DNA of 64,000 nucleotides from Gemmatimonadota bacterium (GTDB lineage: Bacteria > Gemmatimonadota > Gemmatimonadetes > Longimicrobiales > Gaopeijiaceae), in contig JBDHHQ010000001.1 in assembly GCA_039589315.1 (NCBI GenBank), positions 1 to 64,000 on the forward strand. Reading direction: 5' to 3'. Below the pieces are notes generated by a model that had not been told where the DNA came from, made no database searches, and was given only the letters and a program-made list of their open reading frames with translations. The position numbers and the translations under genes were made by a program. Numbering within the stretch: the stretch's first letter is position 1; every line of letters starts with the position of its first letter. Below are positions 20,289 through 29,359 of this stretch, piece after piece.

Positions 20289-21088
20289 AGTTGACCGTGC
20301 TCGGCTCCGGGACGTTGCTACCCGATGGGGAGCGGGCGTCGCCTGCCCACCTCCTGCAGGGACGGGGGTTCTCCATGCTCCTGGACTGCGGCTCCGGCGC
20401 CGTTCATCGCCTGGGCAGCCTCGGGAGCGCCTGGCAGCACCTCACCCATGTGGCCATCACCCACTTCCATGGCGATCACGTGGGTGACCTACCTGCCTTG
20501 CTCTGGGCGTTCAAGCACGGTCTGAGCAAGGGTCGAGCCGAGGGTTTGACCGTCGTCGGGCCCCGGGGCCTACGGGATTTCCTCGACGCTGCGGCCGTGG
20601 CGTTCGGCCGTTACGTCCTTGAGCCGGGTCTGCCCCTGCAGGTGGTGGAGCTTCCCCGGCAGGGCCGCTGGTCCGATCCTGCGGGTCGGTTCACGCTGTT
20701 CACGCACCCCACGGTCCACACGGACCGGTCGCTCGCCTACCGGGTCGAGGCGGGGGGCGATGTGCTGGGGTATACAGGCGACACGGGTCCCGACACCGAG
20801 CTGTTCTCCTTCCTCCGCGGCGCCCAGGTGATCGTGTGCGAGTGTGCCCACCTGGACCCGGCGTCGACGGACACCCACCTCACGCCCTCGGGGGTCGCCG
20901 AGCTCGGCCGGGTCGCGGCGCCGGAGCGGATCGTCACGACCCACGCCTACCCGCCGCTCCCACCGGACGAGGTGCCGCGCCTGGTGAGGGAGGCGGGGTG
21001 GGAGGGCCCGGTCACGGCGGGATTCGACGGACTGCAGCTGGAGGTGGCGGGTCCTCACGATCCGGAGGGCGCGGAGGGGGCACGGTAG
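20285..21088 (+). CDS. MBL-fold metallo-hydrolase (RNase Z-like)
   Basis: LGSG, LLDCG, THFHGDH, YTGDT; ATGA overlap with upstream gene. Confidence 0.88.
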   Translation: MKLTVLGSGTLLPDGERASPAHLLQGRGFSMLLDCGSGAVHRLGSLGSAWQHLTHVAITHFHGDHVGDLPALLWAFKHGLSKGRAEGLTVVGPRGLRDFLDAAAVAFGRYVLEPGLPLQVVELPRQGRWSDPAGRFTLFTHPTVHTDRSLAYRVEAGGDVLGYTGDTGPDTELFSFLRGAQVIVCECAHLDPASTDTHLTPSGVAELGRVAAPERIVTTHAYPPLPPDEVPRLVREAGWEGPVTAGFDGLQLEVAGPHDPEGAEGAR

Positions 21089-21182
21089 ACCGGCGTCCCC
21101 CTTGTCCCTTAGACTTACACCCCGACGGCGCTCGTCCGAATAGACGCGAGCCTGAAGAATTCGCCTGACCAGAGCGGTTGTC

Positions 21183-22235
21183 ATGCTGATCGTGATGAGC
21201 CACAGCGCCTCGGAAGAGGAAATCCGGACGGTCGTGGACACGATCCGGGACATGGGCTACGACGCACGGCCCATTCCCGGGCGGCAACGGACGGCCGTTG
21301 GCCTGATCGGCAACGACGGGCGCGTCGACTCGGCCCGCCTGGAGGGCTTGGAAGGCGTCCGGGAAGTCATCTCGGTCACGAAGCCCTACAAGCAGGTGTC
21401 TCGGGAGTGGCGTTCGGACGACACGGTCATAGAGCTGCCCAACGGCACGCCGATCGGTGGACGGTCGATCGTGCTCATGGCGGGCCCCTGCGCGGTCGAA
21501 GGGCGGGAGCAGATCCTCGACGTAGCCCACCGACTCCGGGACATGGGCGCCACCGTCCTCCGTGGCGGTGCCTTCAAGCCGCGAACCTCGCCCTACTCCT
21601 TCCAGGGTCTCGGGCAGGCCGGGCTCGAGCTTCTCGCCGAAGCCCGGGAGGCGACGGGTATGGCTGTGGTCACAGAGGCTCTCGATCCGGCCAGTGCCAA
21701 GCTGGTCGCCGAGTACGCCGACATCGTACAGATCGGCGCCCGCAACATGCAGAACTACGCATTGCTTCGGCAGGCAGGTCGCCTCGACAAGCCCATCCTC
21801 CTCAAACGGGGCATGTCGGCAACCATCACGGAGCTGCTTCTGGCCGCCGAGTACATCCTGGCCGAGGGCAATGAGCAGGTGATCTTCTGCGAGCGCGGCG
21901 TGAGGAGCTTCGACACCCACACGCGGAACCTCCTGGACCTGACGGCCATCCCCGTCGTGCAGGCGCTTTCCCACCTGCCCATCATCGCTGATCCGAGCCA
22001 CGGCACCGGCATCCGCACCAAGGTCACGCCCATGGCCCGTGCCGCGGTCGCCGCAGGAGCCGACGGCCTCATGGTGGAGGTCCATCCGGATCCACCTACG
22101 GCCCTCTCGGACGGTGCCCAGAGCCTTTACCCCGAGCAGTTCGCGGCCCTGGTCCAGCAGATCCGCGTGATCGCCCACGCCCTGGACCGGGACCTCGTGG
22201 CTCCCCTGCCGGAGGCGACCGTCGCGGGCGCCTGA
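21183..22235 (+). CDS. aroF: DAHP synthase, type I-beta with N-terminal regulatory domain
   Basis: [44 protein letters not shown]. Confidence 0.95.
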   Translation: MLIVMSHSASEEEIRTVVDTIRDMGYDARPIPGRQRTAVGLIGNDGRVDSARLEGLEGVREVISVTKPYKQVSREWRSDDTVIELPNGTPIGGRSIVLMAGPCAVEGREQILDVAHRLRDMGATVLRGGAFKPRTSPYSFQGLGQAGLELLAEAREATGMAVVTEALDPASAKLVAEYADIVQIGARNMQNYALLRQAGRLDKPILLKRGMSATITELLLAAEYILAEGNEQVIFCERGVRSFDTHTRNLLDLTAIPVVQALSHLPIIADPSHGTGIRTKVTPMARAAVAAGADGLMVEVHPDPPTALSDGAQSLYPEQFAALVQQIRVIAHALDRDLVAPLPEATVAGA

Positions 22236-22383
22236 CCCGACCCGCTCGGTGCCAAATTCCCCTTGCTCGGACCCGGTCGGCGCCGGCGCTTGACCCGACC
22301 TGATCGATACCGGATTCCCCTCGCTCGGACCCGGTCGGCGCCGGCGCCTGACCCGACCCGCTCGGTACCGGATCGACCCTTGC
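22227..22383. repeat. Tandem repeat, 58-bp unit, about 2.7 copies
   Basis: Units start 22227, 22285, 22343: GGCGCYTGACCCGACC...ATTCCCCTYGCTCGGACCCGGTCGGCGCC. Confidence 0.9.
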
Positions 22384-22486
22384 CCGTCGTGATCGGCGCA
22401 TTGGCTGGGCCGGTGTCGGGCGGCAGTCCCACCCCCGGTTTCACCGGACCATGGTCCCGCCCGGAGCCCGCCGCGACCTTCTAGCC

Positions 22487-22885
22487 ATGAACGAGCAGCT
22501 CCCGACCGGGTCGCCCACGGGCACCTCGCTCGAGCTTGGCAGAGAGGGCGAGCGTCTGGCGGCCGATCTTCTGGAGCGCCGGGGCTGGACGATCCTCGAA
22601 CGGAACTACCGGGCGGGTCGGAAGGAGGTGGACCTCATCGCGCGGCGGGGAGCGCTGGTGGCGTTCGTCGAGGTCAAGAGCCGGAGTGGCACGGGTTTCG
22701 GCCACCCCCTGGAGGCCATCACGTGGAAGAAGCGCCGCGAGATCTCCGCGGTGGCTCGTCAGTGGTGGGCCGCCCATCCAGGGGTGGGGCGGATCTACCG
22801 ATTCGACGCCGTGGCGGTATTCTTCGGACCTGAGGGTCCGACACGGATCGAGCATGTCGAGGACGCTTGGCGGCGGCAGCGTTGA
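22487..22885 (+). CDS. yraN: YraN family PD-(D/E)XK nuclease
   Basis: LGREGE, ILERNYR, EVDLIA, FVEVKSR, RFDAVAV. Confidence 0.93.
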   Translation: MNEQLPTGSPTGTSLELGREGERLAADLLERRGWTILERNYRAGRKEVDLIARRGALVAFVEVKSRSGTGFGHPLEAITWKKRREISAVARQWWAAHPGVGRIYRFDAVAVFFGPEGPTRIEHVEDAWRRQR

Positions 22886-22911
22886 AGCCCCGGCATCCAC
22901 CCCCGATTCGG

Positions 22912-22940
22912 TTGACGCTGCCTCCCTGCGTGGATAGCTT
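22912..22940 (+). promoter_or_regulatory. sigma70-type promoter of ffs
   Basis: TTGACG-17 bp-TAGCTT, ending just before the SRP RNA 5' end. Confidence 0.7.
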
Positions 22941-22944
22941 TTGC

Positions 22945-23046
22945 GGTGCCCCAGGTCCGTAGGGCGAGAGCCCACGAACCGCGTCAGGACCCCGCAGGTA
23001 GCAGCGCTAAGTGTGGTAATCGTAGCTGCGGGTCGCCTGGGGCATT
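22945..23046 (+). ncRNA. ffs: Signal recognition particle RNA (4.5S)
   Basis: Terminal stem GGTGCCCCAGG/CCTGGGGCATT then T-run; GAACC...TCAGG...AGCAGC domain IV; upstream of dnaX. Confidence 0.88.
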
Positions 23047-23158
23047 TTTTTTCCCGTGCCGCCTGCTTCGACTCCCGTCCTCCGCCCCCCGGGCCGGGGC
23101 TCCGGGCCCGGAGCCCCGGCCGGCCGGGACAACGTCAGCCAGCCATTCGGGCGGCCCT

Positions 23159-24913
23159 GTGTCCCACACGGCGCTAGCGCGCAAATACCGACCCCGGACG
23201 TTCTCGGAGGTGGCCACCCAGGGCCACGTCTCGGAGACCCTGCGGCGTGCTGTCGCAGGTGGCAGGGTCGGCCACGCCTACCTCTTCTGCGGCCCCCGCG
23301 GCGTCGGCAAGACCACGCTGGCTCGCGTGCTGGCCATGGCCCTGAATTGCCCGACGCGGAGCCCGGAGGGGGAGCCGTGCGGGGAGTGCGAGAGCTGCGC
23401 CCGGATCTGGGGCGGACACACCGCCCTGGACGTGGTGGAGATCGACGCAGCCTCGAACCGGGGGGTGGACGACGCGCGCGAGCTGCGGGCCCGGGCCCAG
23501 TACGCGCCGTCGGGCGAGGGTCGGTACAAGGTGTACATCCTCGACGAGGCCCACATGCTGACCCGGGAGGCGTGGAACGCGCTCCTCAAGGTCCTCGAAG
23601 AGCCGCCCCCCCGTGTGATCTTCGTGTTCGCCACGACCGAGCCGCAGAAGATTCAGCAAACGGCGGCGCCGATCCTCTCCCGCTGTCAGCGGTTCGACTT
23701 CCGTCGGATCGGCGTGGCCGACATCGTGGAGCGCCTCTCGGAAGTGTTGGAGCGCGAGGGGACCGAGGGCCCTCAGGACGCCCTCCGTACCATCGCCCGC
23801 AAGGCCGATGGCGGCATGCGGGACGCGCTTTCGCTCCTGGACCAGGTCATGGCCCTGACGGGAGGGCGAGTCAGCCAGGAGGCGGTCCGGCAGATCCTGG
23901 GCCTGGTCGAGGAGGAACGATACGTCGAGTTGATCGACATCCTCATGGCCCGGCAGACGGGACGGATCTTCGCGTTCGTGGATGGCCTGGTGGCCGACGG
24001 ATACGACCTGGTCGAGTTCTACCACGGCCTCGTCGAGGCCATCCGGCTGCTGCTGAGGATCCGGCTAGAGGGCTCCGCCGACTTGTCCGACGTGCGGGAG
24101 GACCTCCGCGACGGCTTTCGGGACCGGGCGGAGCGCTGTGACCCCGTGGATCTCGTGCGCATGCTGGCGCTCGCCGCGGAGCTGGAGACGTCCGGCAGCC
24201 TCCGCCGCAGCGTGCAGCCCCGTATGCTCGTGGAGATGCTCCTGCTCCGCCTCGCCTTCCTCGACCGCAGCGTGGACCTGGAGGAGCTGCTCCGAGAACT
24301 AGGCGGTGCGCCGGTGGACGCCGGGTCTCCAGGCGGTGGATTCGCGACCTCTACCGGGTCGTCTACCTCCCCACAAGCGCCGGTGACCGCGGCACCGGCG
24401 CCTGCCGCCTCCGAGAGCCGAGCGTCGGAGGCGCGCGGGGGCGAGGACGCGGGCGCGCCCAGCTCGCCAAGTGCGACGGCACCACTGGGGCAAAGCACGT
24501 CGGAGCACGGGGAGCCGGAAGAGCGAGAAACCACGCCGCCGACCGGTGACCCCGCTGTCGCGTGGAGTCGCCTGCTGGATGAGGGTACGGGCCTACCGGG
24601 TGGGTTGGGCCCGTTCTTGCGGGCGGCCGTGGTCCGGAGCGGCACCCAGGGCCAGGTGGAGGTCGTCCTCCCGCCCGGCCCGGGGCTGGACCGGCTGAAG
24701 GAGCCCCTCGTGCGCTCCGGCTTGGAGAAGGCGCTACATCGACATCTGGTGGGCCGGCCCCGACTGGTCGTCGTCCCCGGGGAAGCACCCGGGGCCGCGA
24801 GCGGGCGGATCACACCGGAGACCGTTCGGCAGAGCCGCTTGAGAAAGCTGATCGAACGGGAACCACTGCTGGGCAAGGCGGTACAAGAGCTCGACCTCGA
24901 ACTGCTCGACTGA
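23159..24913 (+). CDS. dnaX: DNA polymerase III subunit gamma/tau
   Basis: LARKYRP, GPRGVGKTT, EIDAASNRGVDD, DEAHML, SRCQRFDF; GTG start inferred. Confidence 0.96.
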   Translation: MSHTALARKYRPRTFSEVATQGHVSETLRRAVAGGRVGHAYLFCGPRGVGKTTLARVLAMALNCPTRSPEGEPCGECESCARIWGGHTALDVVEIDAASNRGVDDARELRARAQYAPSGEGRYKVYILDEAHMLTREAWNALLKVLEEPPPRVIFVFATTEPQKIQQTAAPILSRCQRFDFRRIGVADIVERLSEVLEREGTEGPQDALRTIARKADGGMRDALSLLDQVMALTGGRVSQEAVRQILGLVEEERYVELIDILMARQTGRIFAFVDGLVADGYDLVEFYHGLVEAIRLLLRIRLEGSADLSDVREDLRDGFRDRAERCDPVDLVRMLALAAELETSGSLRRSVQPRMLVEMLLLRLAFLDRSVDLEELLRELGGAPVDAGSPGGGFATSTGSSTSPQAPVTAAPAPAASESRASEARGGEDAGAPSSPSATAPLGQSTSEHGEPEERETTPPTGDPAVAWSRLLDEGTGLPGGLGPFLRAAVVRSGTQGQVEVVLPPGPGLDRLKEPLVRSGLEKALHRHLVGRPRLVVVPGEAPGAASGRITPETVRQSRLRKLIEREPLLGKAVQELDLELLD

Positions 24914-24963
24914 GCGGTTCGAGGTCGTTGTCGGAAAACGACTTCTAGGATTCGAGCCGATCG

Positions 24964-25284
24964 ATGGACAACAACCTTCAGCAGCTGATGCAGATGGGCC
25001 AGCAGCTTCAGGCCCGCATCGCGGAGATCCAGAACAACCTGGACAGCCAGGAGGTCACCGCAACATCGGGCGGTGGCATGGTGACGGTTTCCGTCGACGG
25101 GAAAGGGGCCGTCAAGAAGATCTCGATCGAACCCACGGTCGTGGATCCCGCAGACGTGGAGATGCTCGAGGATCTCGTCCTGGCCGCCGTCGCCGAGGCA
25201 CAGAAGAAGGCACGCACCCTCTACGAAGAGGAGATGCGCAAGGCGGCGGGCGGGCTCCCGGTCCAGATCCCCGGCCTCTTCTGA
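24964..25284 (+). CDS. ybaB: YbaB/EbfC nucleoid-associated protein
   Basis: SGGGMVTV, EMLEDLVLAA; dnaX-ybaB-recR synteny. Confidence 0.95.
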   Translation: MDNNLQQLMQMGQQLQARIAEIQNNLDSQEVTATSGGGMVTVSVDGKGAVKKISIEPTVVDPADVEMLEDLVLAAVAEAQKKARTLYEEEMRKAAGGLPVQIPGLF

Positions 25285-25323
25285 CGCCGGACGTCACCCG
25301 TACCGGAGCCAAGCGCCAAGACC

Positions 25324-25917
25324 GTGTCGGCGATCGATCACCTTACCGGGGAGCTGGCTCGCCTGCCGGGCATCGGGCCGAAGACCGCCCTGCGGCTGGT
25401 GCACCACATGCTCAAGGGATCCCGCGAAGACGTGCATCGATTGAGCCGTGCCCTGAAGGAGCTCGCAGAGCGGGTACGCCCCTGCGCCCGGTGCGGCAGT
25501 TTCAGCGAAGACGAGCTCTGTGAGATCTGCTCCAATCCGCGAAGAGATCCGTCGATACTATGTGTGGTGGAGGAGGCCTACGAGGTAGGCGCCATCGAGC
25601 GTACGGGCGGATTCAGGGGACTGTACCACGTGTTGGGCGGCCACCTCTCGCCACTCGACGGAGTGGGGCCGGACGAGTTGAACATCGGCTCCCTGCTCGA
25701 GAGGGTGGCGAACACGGACGGCGGAGTCGCGGAAGTCATCATAGCGACCAACGCCAGCGTGGAAGGAGAAGCGACCGCAGTGTACCTTGAGAGCACTTTG
25801 AGGTCCGGGGGCGTGCGCCTGACGCGGCTCGCCCGGGGGATTCCGGTGGGATCGGACCTCGAGTACGTCGATGGAACGACCATCGCGGAGGCCCTGGCGG
25901 GCCGCCGCGAGATGTGA
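25324..25917 (+). CDS. recR: Recombination mediator RecR
   Basis: LPGIGPKTA, C4 zinc finger, YHVLGG, EGEATA, RLARGIPVG. Confidence 0.97.
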   Translation: MSAIDHLTGELARLPGIGPKTALRLVHHMLKGSREDVHRLSRALKELAERVRPCARCGSFSEDELCEICSNPRRDPSILCVVEEAYEVGAIERTGGFRGLYHVLGGHLSPLDGVGPDELNIGSLLERVANTDGGVAEVIIATNASVEGEATAVYLESTLRSGGVRLTRLARGIPVGSDLEYVDGTTIAEALAGRREM

Positions 25918-25928
25918 CGGGGCGTGCA

Positions 25929-26243
25929 ATGAACAAGACCCTTCGAATCGCGACGTTGGCCGCGCTCGCGACGGCTGCCGCAGGAGCGGTGGCCCTCCTG
26001 GTGGTGCGTGATCAGATCTCGCGTCACCAGCGGGACCTGTTCAGTCCCCACGCCTTTCGCAGGCTGGCGGCCCTGGGGCACATCGCCCGGGAAGAGCCGT
26101 CGGTGGACCACATCACCCTCCTCCGAGATTACGTCGCGTGGGAGCCCAGCAAGCTCCTTCGCAATCGGGCCCGCGTCATCCACGAGCGCATGGAGCGTGA
26201 GGCGCGGGCGCTCGAGCACAGTTCGGAGGAGGGAACCGCGTGA
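25929..26243 (+). CDS. Small membrane-anchored hypothetical protein
   Basis: N-terminal hydrophobic helix, helical RRLAALGHI region; GTGA overlap with mglB. Confidence 0.7.
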   Translation: MNKTLRIATLAALATAAAGAVALLVVRDQISRHQRDLFSPHAFRRLAALGHIAREEPSVDHITLLRDYVAWEPSKLLRNRARVIHERMEREARALEHSSEEGTA

Positions 26244-26737
26244 AGCTCGGTCGACCACACGACACCACAACCGACCCCCTGGGGGTCCTGCGCGCGAACC
26301 TGGACGAGCTCCTGCTGGAGACGGACGGGCGCATGGGTATTCTCATGGATGGTAGCGGGGCCGTAATTCTCGAAGCCGGGCGGTCACCGGACCTCGATCG
26401 CACCGCCTTCGCCAGTCTCACGGTGAGCCACCTGGCCGCGACCCGGGCGCTGGCGTCTCTCGTGGGAGAGGATGAGCTCAAGGGCCTCTGCCAACAGGGT
26501 GAGCACACGTCTCTCTTCGTGGCACCCGTAGCCGATCAACTCATCCTGTCCATTCTCTTCAACGGACGTCGCCCGTCAGGGCAGGTCAGCAAGGAGGGTA
26601 GCAGAATCGTCTCGAGCCTCGAAGCGCCCTTGCGCGAACTGATTGAAGCCGGGTCGACCGGAGGCCGGCCCCTCGATCCCGACTGGGTCTCGGCGGCGGG
26701 CGACGAGATCGACCGCCTGTTCGAGGAAGGAGCGTAG
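26240..26737 (+). CDS. mglB: Roadblock/LC7 protein MglB
   Basis: AFASL, LASLVGEDE, QGE, C-terminal EIDRLFE helix; adjacent to mglA. Confidence 0.85.
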   Translation: MKLGRPHDTTTDPLGVLRANLDELLLETDGRMGILMDGSGAVILEAGRSPDLDRTAFASLTVSHLAATRALASLVGEDELKGLCQQGEHTSLFVAPVADQLILSILFNGRRPSGQVSKEGSRIVSSLEAPLRELIEAGSTGGRPLDPDWVSAAGDEIDRLFEEGA

Positions 26738-26743
26738 CCGGTC

Positions 26744-27322
26744 ATGTCGATGATCAACTACGCGAGCCGTGAGATCAACTGCAAGATCGTCTATTACGGC
26801 ACGGGCCTCGGCGGAAAGACGACCAACCTCGAGTACGTCTACTCTCGGGTGAACCCCGAGACCAAGGGCAAGATGATCTCGCTTGCCACGGAGACGGAGC
26901 GCACGCTCTTCTTCGATTTCCTTCCCATCGACCTGGGAGAGATCCGCGGCTTCAAGACCCGGTTCCACCTGTACACGGTCCCGGGTCAGGTGTACTACAA
27001 CGCCAGCCGCAAGCTCATCCTGAAGGGGGTGGACGGGATCATCTTCGTTGCGGATTCCCAGGGGGAGCGCACCGAGGCCAACATCGAGGCCATGCACAAC
27101 CTGTACGAGAACCTCGAGTCCTACGGATACGATCTCGAGGAGATCCCGTTCGCGATCCAGTACAACAAACGGGATCTGGGCAACGTGATGGCGGTCGACG
27201 AGCTCCGGGCCCAGCTCAACCCGGCGGGCGTTCCGGACTTCGAGGGTGTGGCCATTGAGGGTCGCGGCGTTTTCGACACGCTGAAGGCCGTGTCCAAGAT
27301 GGTCGTGAAGTCGCTCAGCTGA
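26744..27322 (+). CDS. mglA: Small Ras-like GTPase MglA
   Basis: [39 protein letters not shown]. Confidence 0.96.
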   Translation: MSMINYASREINCKIVYYGTGLGGKTTNLEYVYSRVNPETKGKMISLATETERTLFFDFLPIDLGEIRGFKTRFHLYTVPGQVYYNASRKLILKGVDGIIFVADSQGERTEANIEAMHNLYENLESYGYDLEEIPFAIQYNKRDLGNVMAVDELRAQLNPAGVPDFEGVAIEGRGVFDTLKAVSKMVVKSLS

Positions 27323-27428
27323 GCGAAGTGCGTCTCTGCCAACCCCCCGTCACGACCCCGGTTCTCCCATAGCCCCTGACACGCTACCTTCAGTCCGTTG
27401 CCATGACACGAACGCGCCACTGGAGCCT

Positions 27429-28076
27429 ATGGCCGGGCGACGACTGACCCTCCCGAACATCATAACCGTAGCGCGCATCGCCATCTGCCCGGTGATCTTC
27501 GCGCTCGCCCTGTCCGAATCCGTACCGGGTCGGACGGCGGCATTCGTGCTGTTCGTGGCCGCGGCCCTCAGCGACCTGTGGGACGGGTACCTGGCCCGGA
27601 AGCACGGTTGGATCACCGACGTGGGCAAGCTGCTCGACCCCATCGCCGACAAGCTGCTCATCGTGTGCACGTTCATCCCCTTCTACATCCTCTCCCACTC
27701 CGCGGAGCCCCTCAACCGAGTGCCTTGGTGGGGCACCTTGCCCCTCTGGGTCCTGGTGGTGGTCCTGGGGCGGGAGCTCGGCATCACGTTGTTCAGGAGC
27801 TGGGCCGCTCGGCGAGGCGTCGTCATCTCCGCGGGTCAGTCGGGCAAGTACAAGGCGTTCATCCAGAATCTCTTCGTCGGCGCGCTCCTGCTCTGGTACC
27901 CCCTCCTCATGATTGCCGAGGAGTCCGGTTGGATGGGGACCTCATCCTGGGCCAACTGGAGCCGCTTCCACGGCGCCTTCATCGGGGTCACGCTCACCGT
28001 TGCGGTGATCCTCACGGTCTACTCGATGCTGGACTACCTCTGGAGCTATCGATCGTTGGTCCGGAGCGGCATCTGA
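27429..28076 (+). CDS. pgsA: CDP-alcohol phosphatidyltransferase (PgsA-like)
   Basis: PNIITVARI, DLWDGYLAR, GKLLDPIADK. Confidence 0.9.
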   Translation: MAGRRLTLPNIITVARIAICPVIFALALSESVPGRTAAFVLFVAAALSDLWDGYLARKHGWITDVGKLLDPIADKLLIVCTFIPFYILSHSAEPLNRVPWWGTLPLWVLVVVLGRELGITLFRSWAARRGVVISAGQSGKYKAFIQNLFVGALLLWYPLLMIAEESGWMGTSSWANWSRFHGAFIGVTLTVAVILTVYSMLDYLWSYRSLVRSGI

Positions 28077-29359
28077 GCTATCCCCGGGCCGGGCACGCCA
28101 CGGCCAGCGCCGTCATCGTGACGGTCGGAGAAGAGCTGCTCCTGGGTGAGACCGTCGATACCAACAGCGCCTGGCTGGCCCGGGAGCTCCATGGGCTCGG
28201 CATGTCCGTCGAGGCAACGGTCACGGTGGGTGATCGGGAAGCCGACATCCGGGAAGCCGTGTCGAGGGCCTTGGAGCGAGCCGACGCGGTGCTCGTGACC
28301 GGCGGCCTCGGCCCCACTCCCGACGACCTCACGCGGAACGCCGTGGCCGACCTCCTGAACCGTGACCTCAGGGTCGACCCGTCGTTGCGGGACGCCCTCG
28401 AAGCTCGCTTCCGGGCCCGGGGCTACGACCGCATGCCCGAGACGAACCTCCAGCAGGTGCAGGTGCCATCGGGTGCGCTCGTACTGGCCAACCCCATCGG
28501 GACCGCGTCGGGACTGGTGTTGGAGGAGGACGGCAAATGCGTGATCCTCTTTCCCGGCGTGCCCGCCGAGCTCAAGCGGATCTTCGCGGAGTCGGCCGCG
28601 GGCTATCTGCAGGAGTCCTTTCCCGGTCGCCTGTGGCCCACCCGGTACCGAGATGTCTACACGACCGGTATCCCGGAGTCCGAGCTGGCCCTCCTGCTGG
28701 GTCCCCATTTGGAGGCGGGGCTGGGTGGCGTGGACGTCGCGTTTCTGCCGGGCGTCGCCGGTGTCGCGCTGCGGTTGACCGTGCGGGACGCCGCCGATGG
28801 AGAGCGTGCCGCGGTTCTCCTCGATCGGGCGGAAGGGCTGCTGGAGCCGGTCCTGGCAGCGTACCGCTACCGGGCTCGGTCCGGAGACCTCGTGGAAGCT
28901 GTGGCCGACGCATTGAGGCAAGCAGGCAAACGCCTGGCCACGGCGGAGAGCTGCACGGGAGGCGGCGTGGCCAAACGCCTCACGGACCGTCCGGGCTCGT
29001 CGGACTACTTCGTGGGCGGAGCCGTGTCGTACTCGAACGAGGCGAAGGCGACGTTGCTGGGTGTGGATCCCGGCGTCATCGAGCGTGAGGGAGCGGTGTC
29101 GGAGTCGGTGGCGGAGGCCATGGCCCTGGGCGTGGCGGAGAGACTGGGGGCCGAGGCGGGCCTCGGCATCACGGGGGTCGCCGGTCCCGACGGAGGGACG
29201 GAGGCGAAGCCGGTGGGCACCGTCTGGTACGCCGTCAGCCTGGACGGCCGGGTCGTGGCCCGCACGGAGCGATTCCCCGGGGACCGGGCGGTCGTGCGTG
29301 CCCGAGCCGGGCAGGCGGCGCTCGCTCTCCTTCTCCGGATGCTCGAGGGTGCGGCGTGA
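28073..29359 (+). CDS. cinA: Competence/damage-inducible protein A (NMN deamidase fusion)
   Basis: VGEELLLGETVDTN, GGLGPTPDDLT, PGVPAE, TAESCTGG, GVAGPDGG; start uncertain (CTG 28073 or GTG 28118). Confidence 0.93.
   Translation: MSYPRAGHATASAVIVTVGEELLLGETVDTNSAWLARELHGLGMSVEATVTVGDREADIREAVSRALERADAVLVTGGLGPTPDDLTRNAVADLLNRDLRVDPSLRDALEARFRARGYDRMPETNLQQVQVPSGALVLANPIGTASGLVLEEDGKCVILFPGVPAELKRIFAESAAGYLQESFPGRLWPTRYRDVYTTGIPESELALLLGPHLEAGLGGVDVAFLPGVAGVALRLTVRDAADGERAAVLLDRAEGLLEPVLAAYRYRARSGDLVEAVADALRQAGKRLATAESCTGGGVAKRLTDRPGSSDYFVGGAVSYSNEAKATLLGVDPGVIEREGAVSESVAEAMALGVAERLGAEAGLGITGVAGPDGGTEAKPVGTVWYAVSLDGRVVARTERFPGDRAVVRARAGQAALALLLRMLEGAA

Noticed and set aside
21090..21182. Attenuator or leader peptide before aroF
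   Set aside because: Only a weak hairpin; no aromatic-codon leader ORF, T-box or U-tract.
22227..22383. CRISPR array
   Set aside because: The units are near-identical along their whole length with no unique spacers, and there are no cas genes in the window.
22946..23158. N-terminal extension of DnaX
   Set aside because: Overlaps the SRP RNA; conserved DnaX begins at GTG 23159.
23159..24913. Programmed frameshift in dnaX (gamma/tau)
   Set aside because: No A-AAA-AAG or long A-run slippery site seen.
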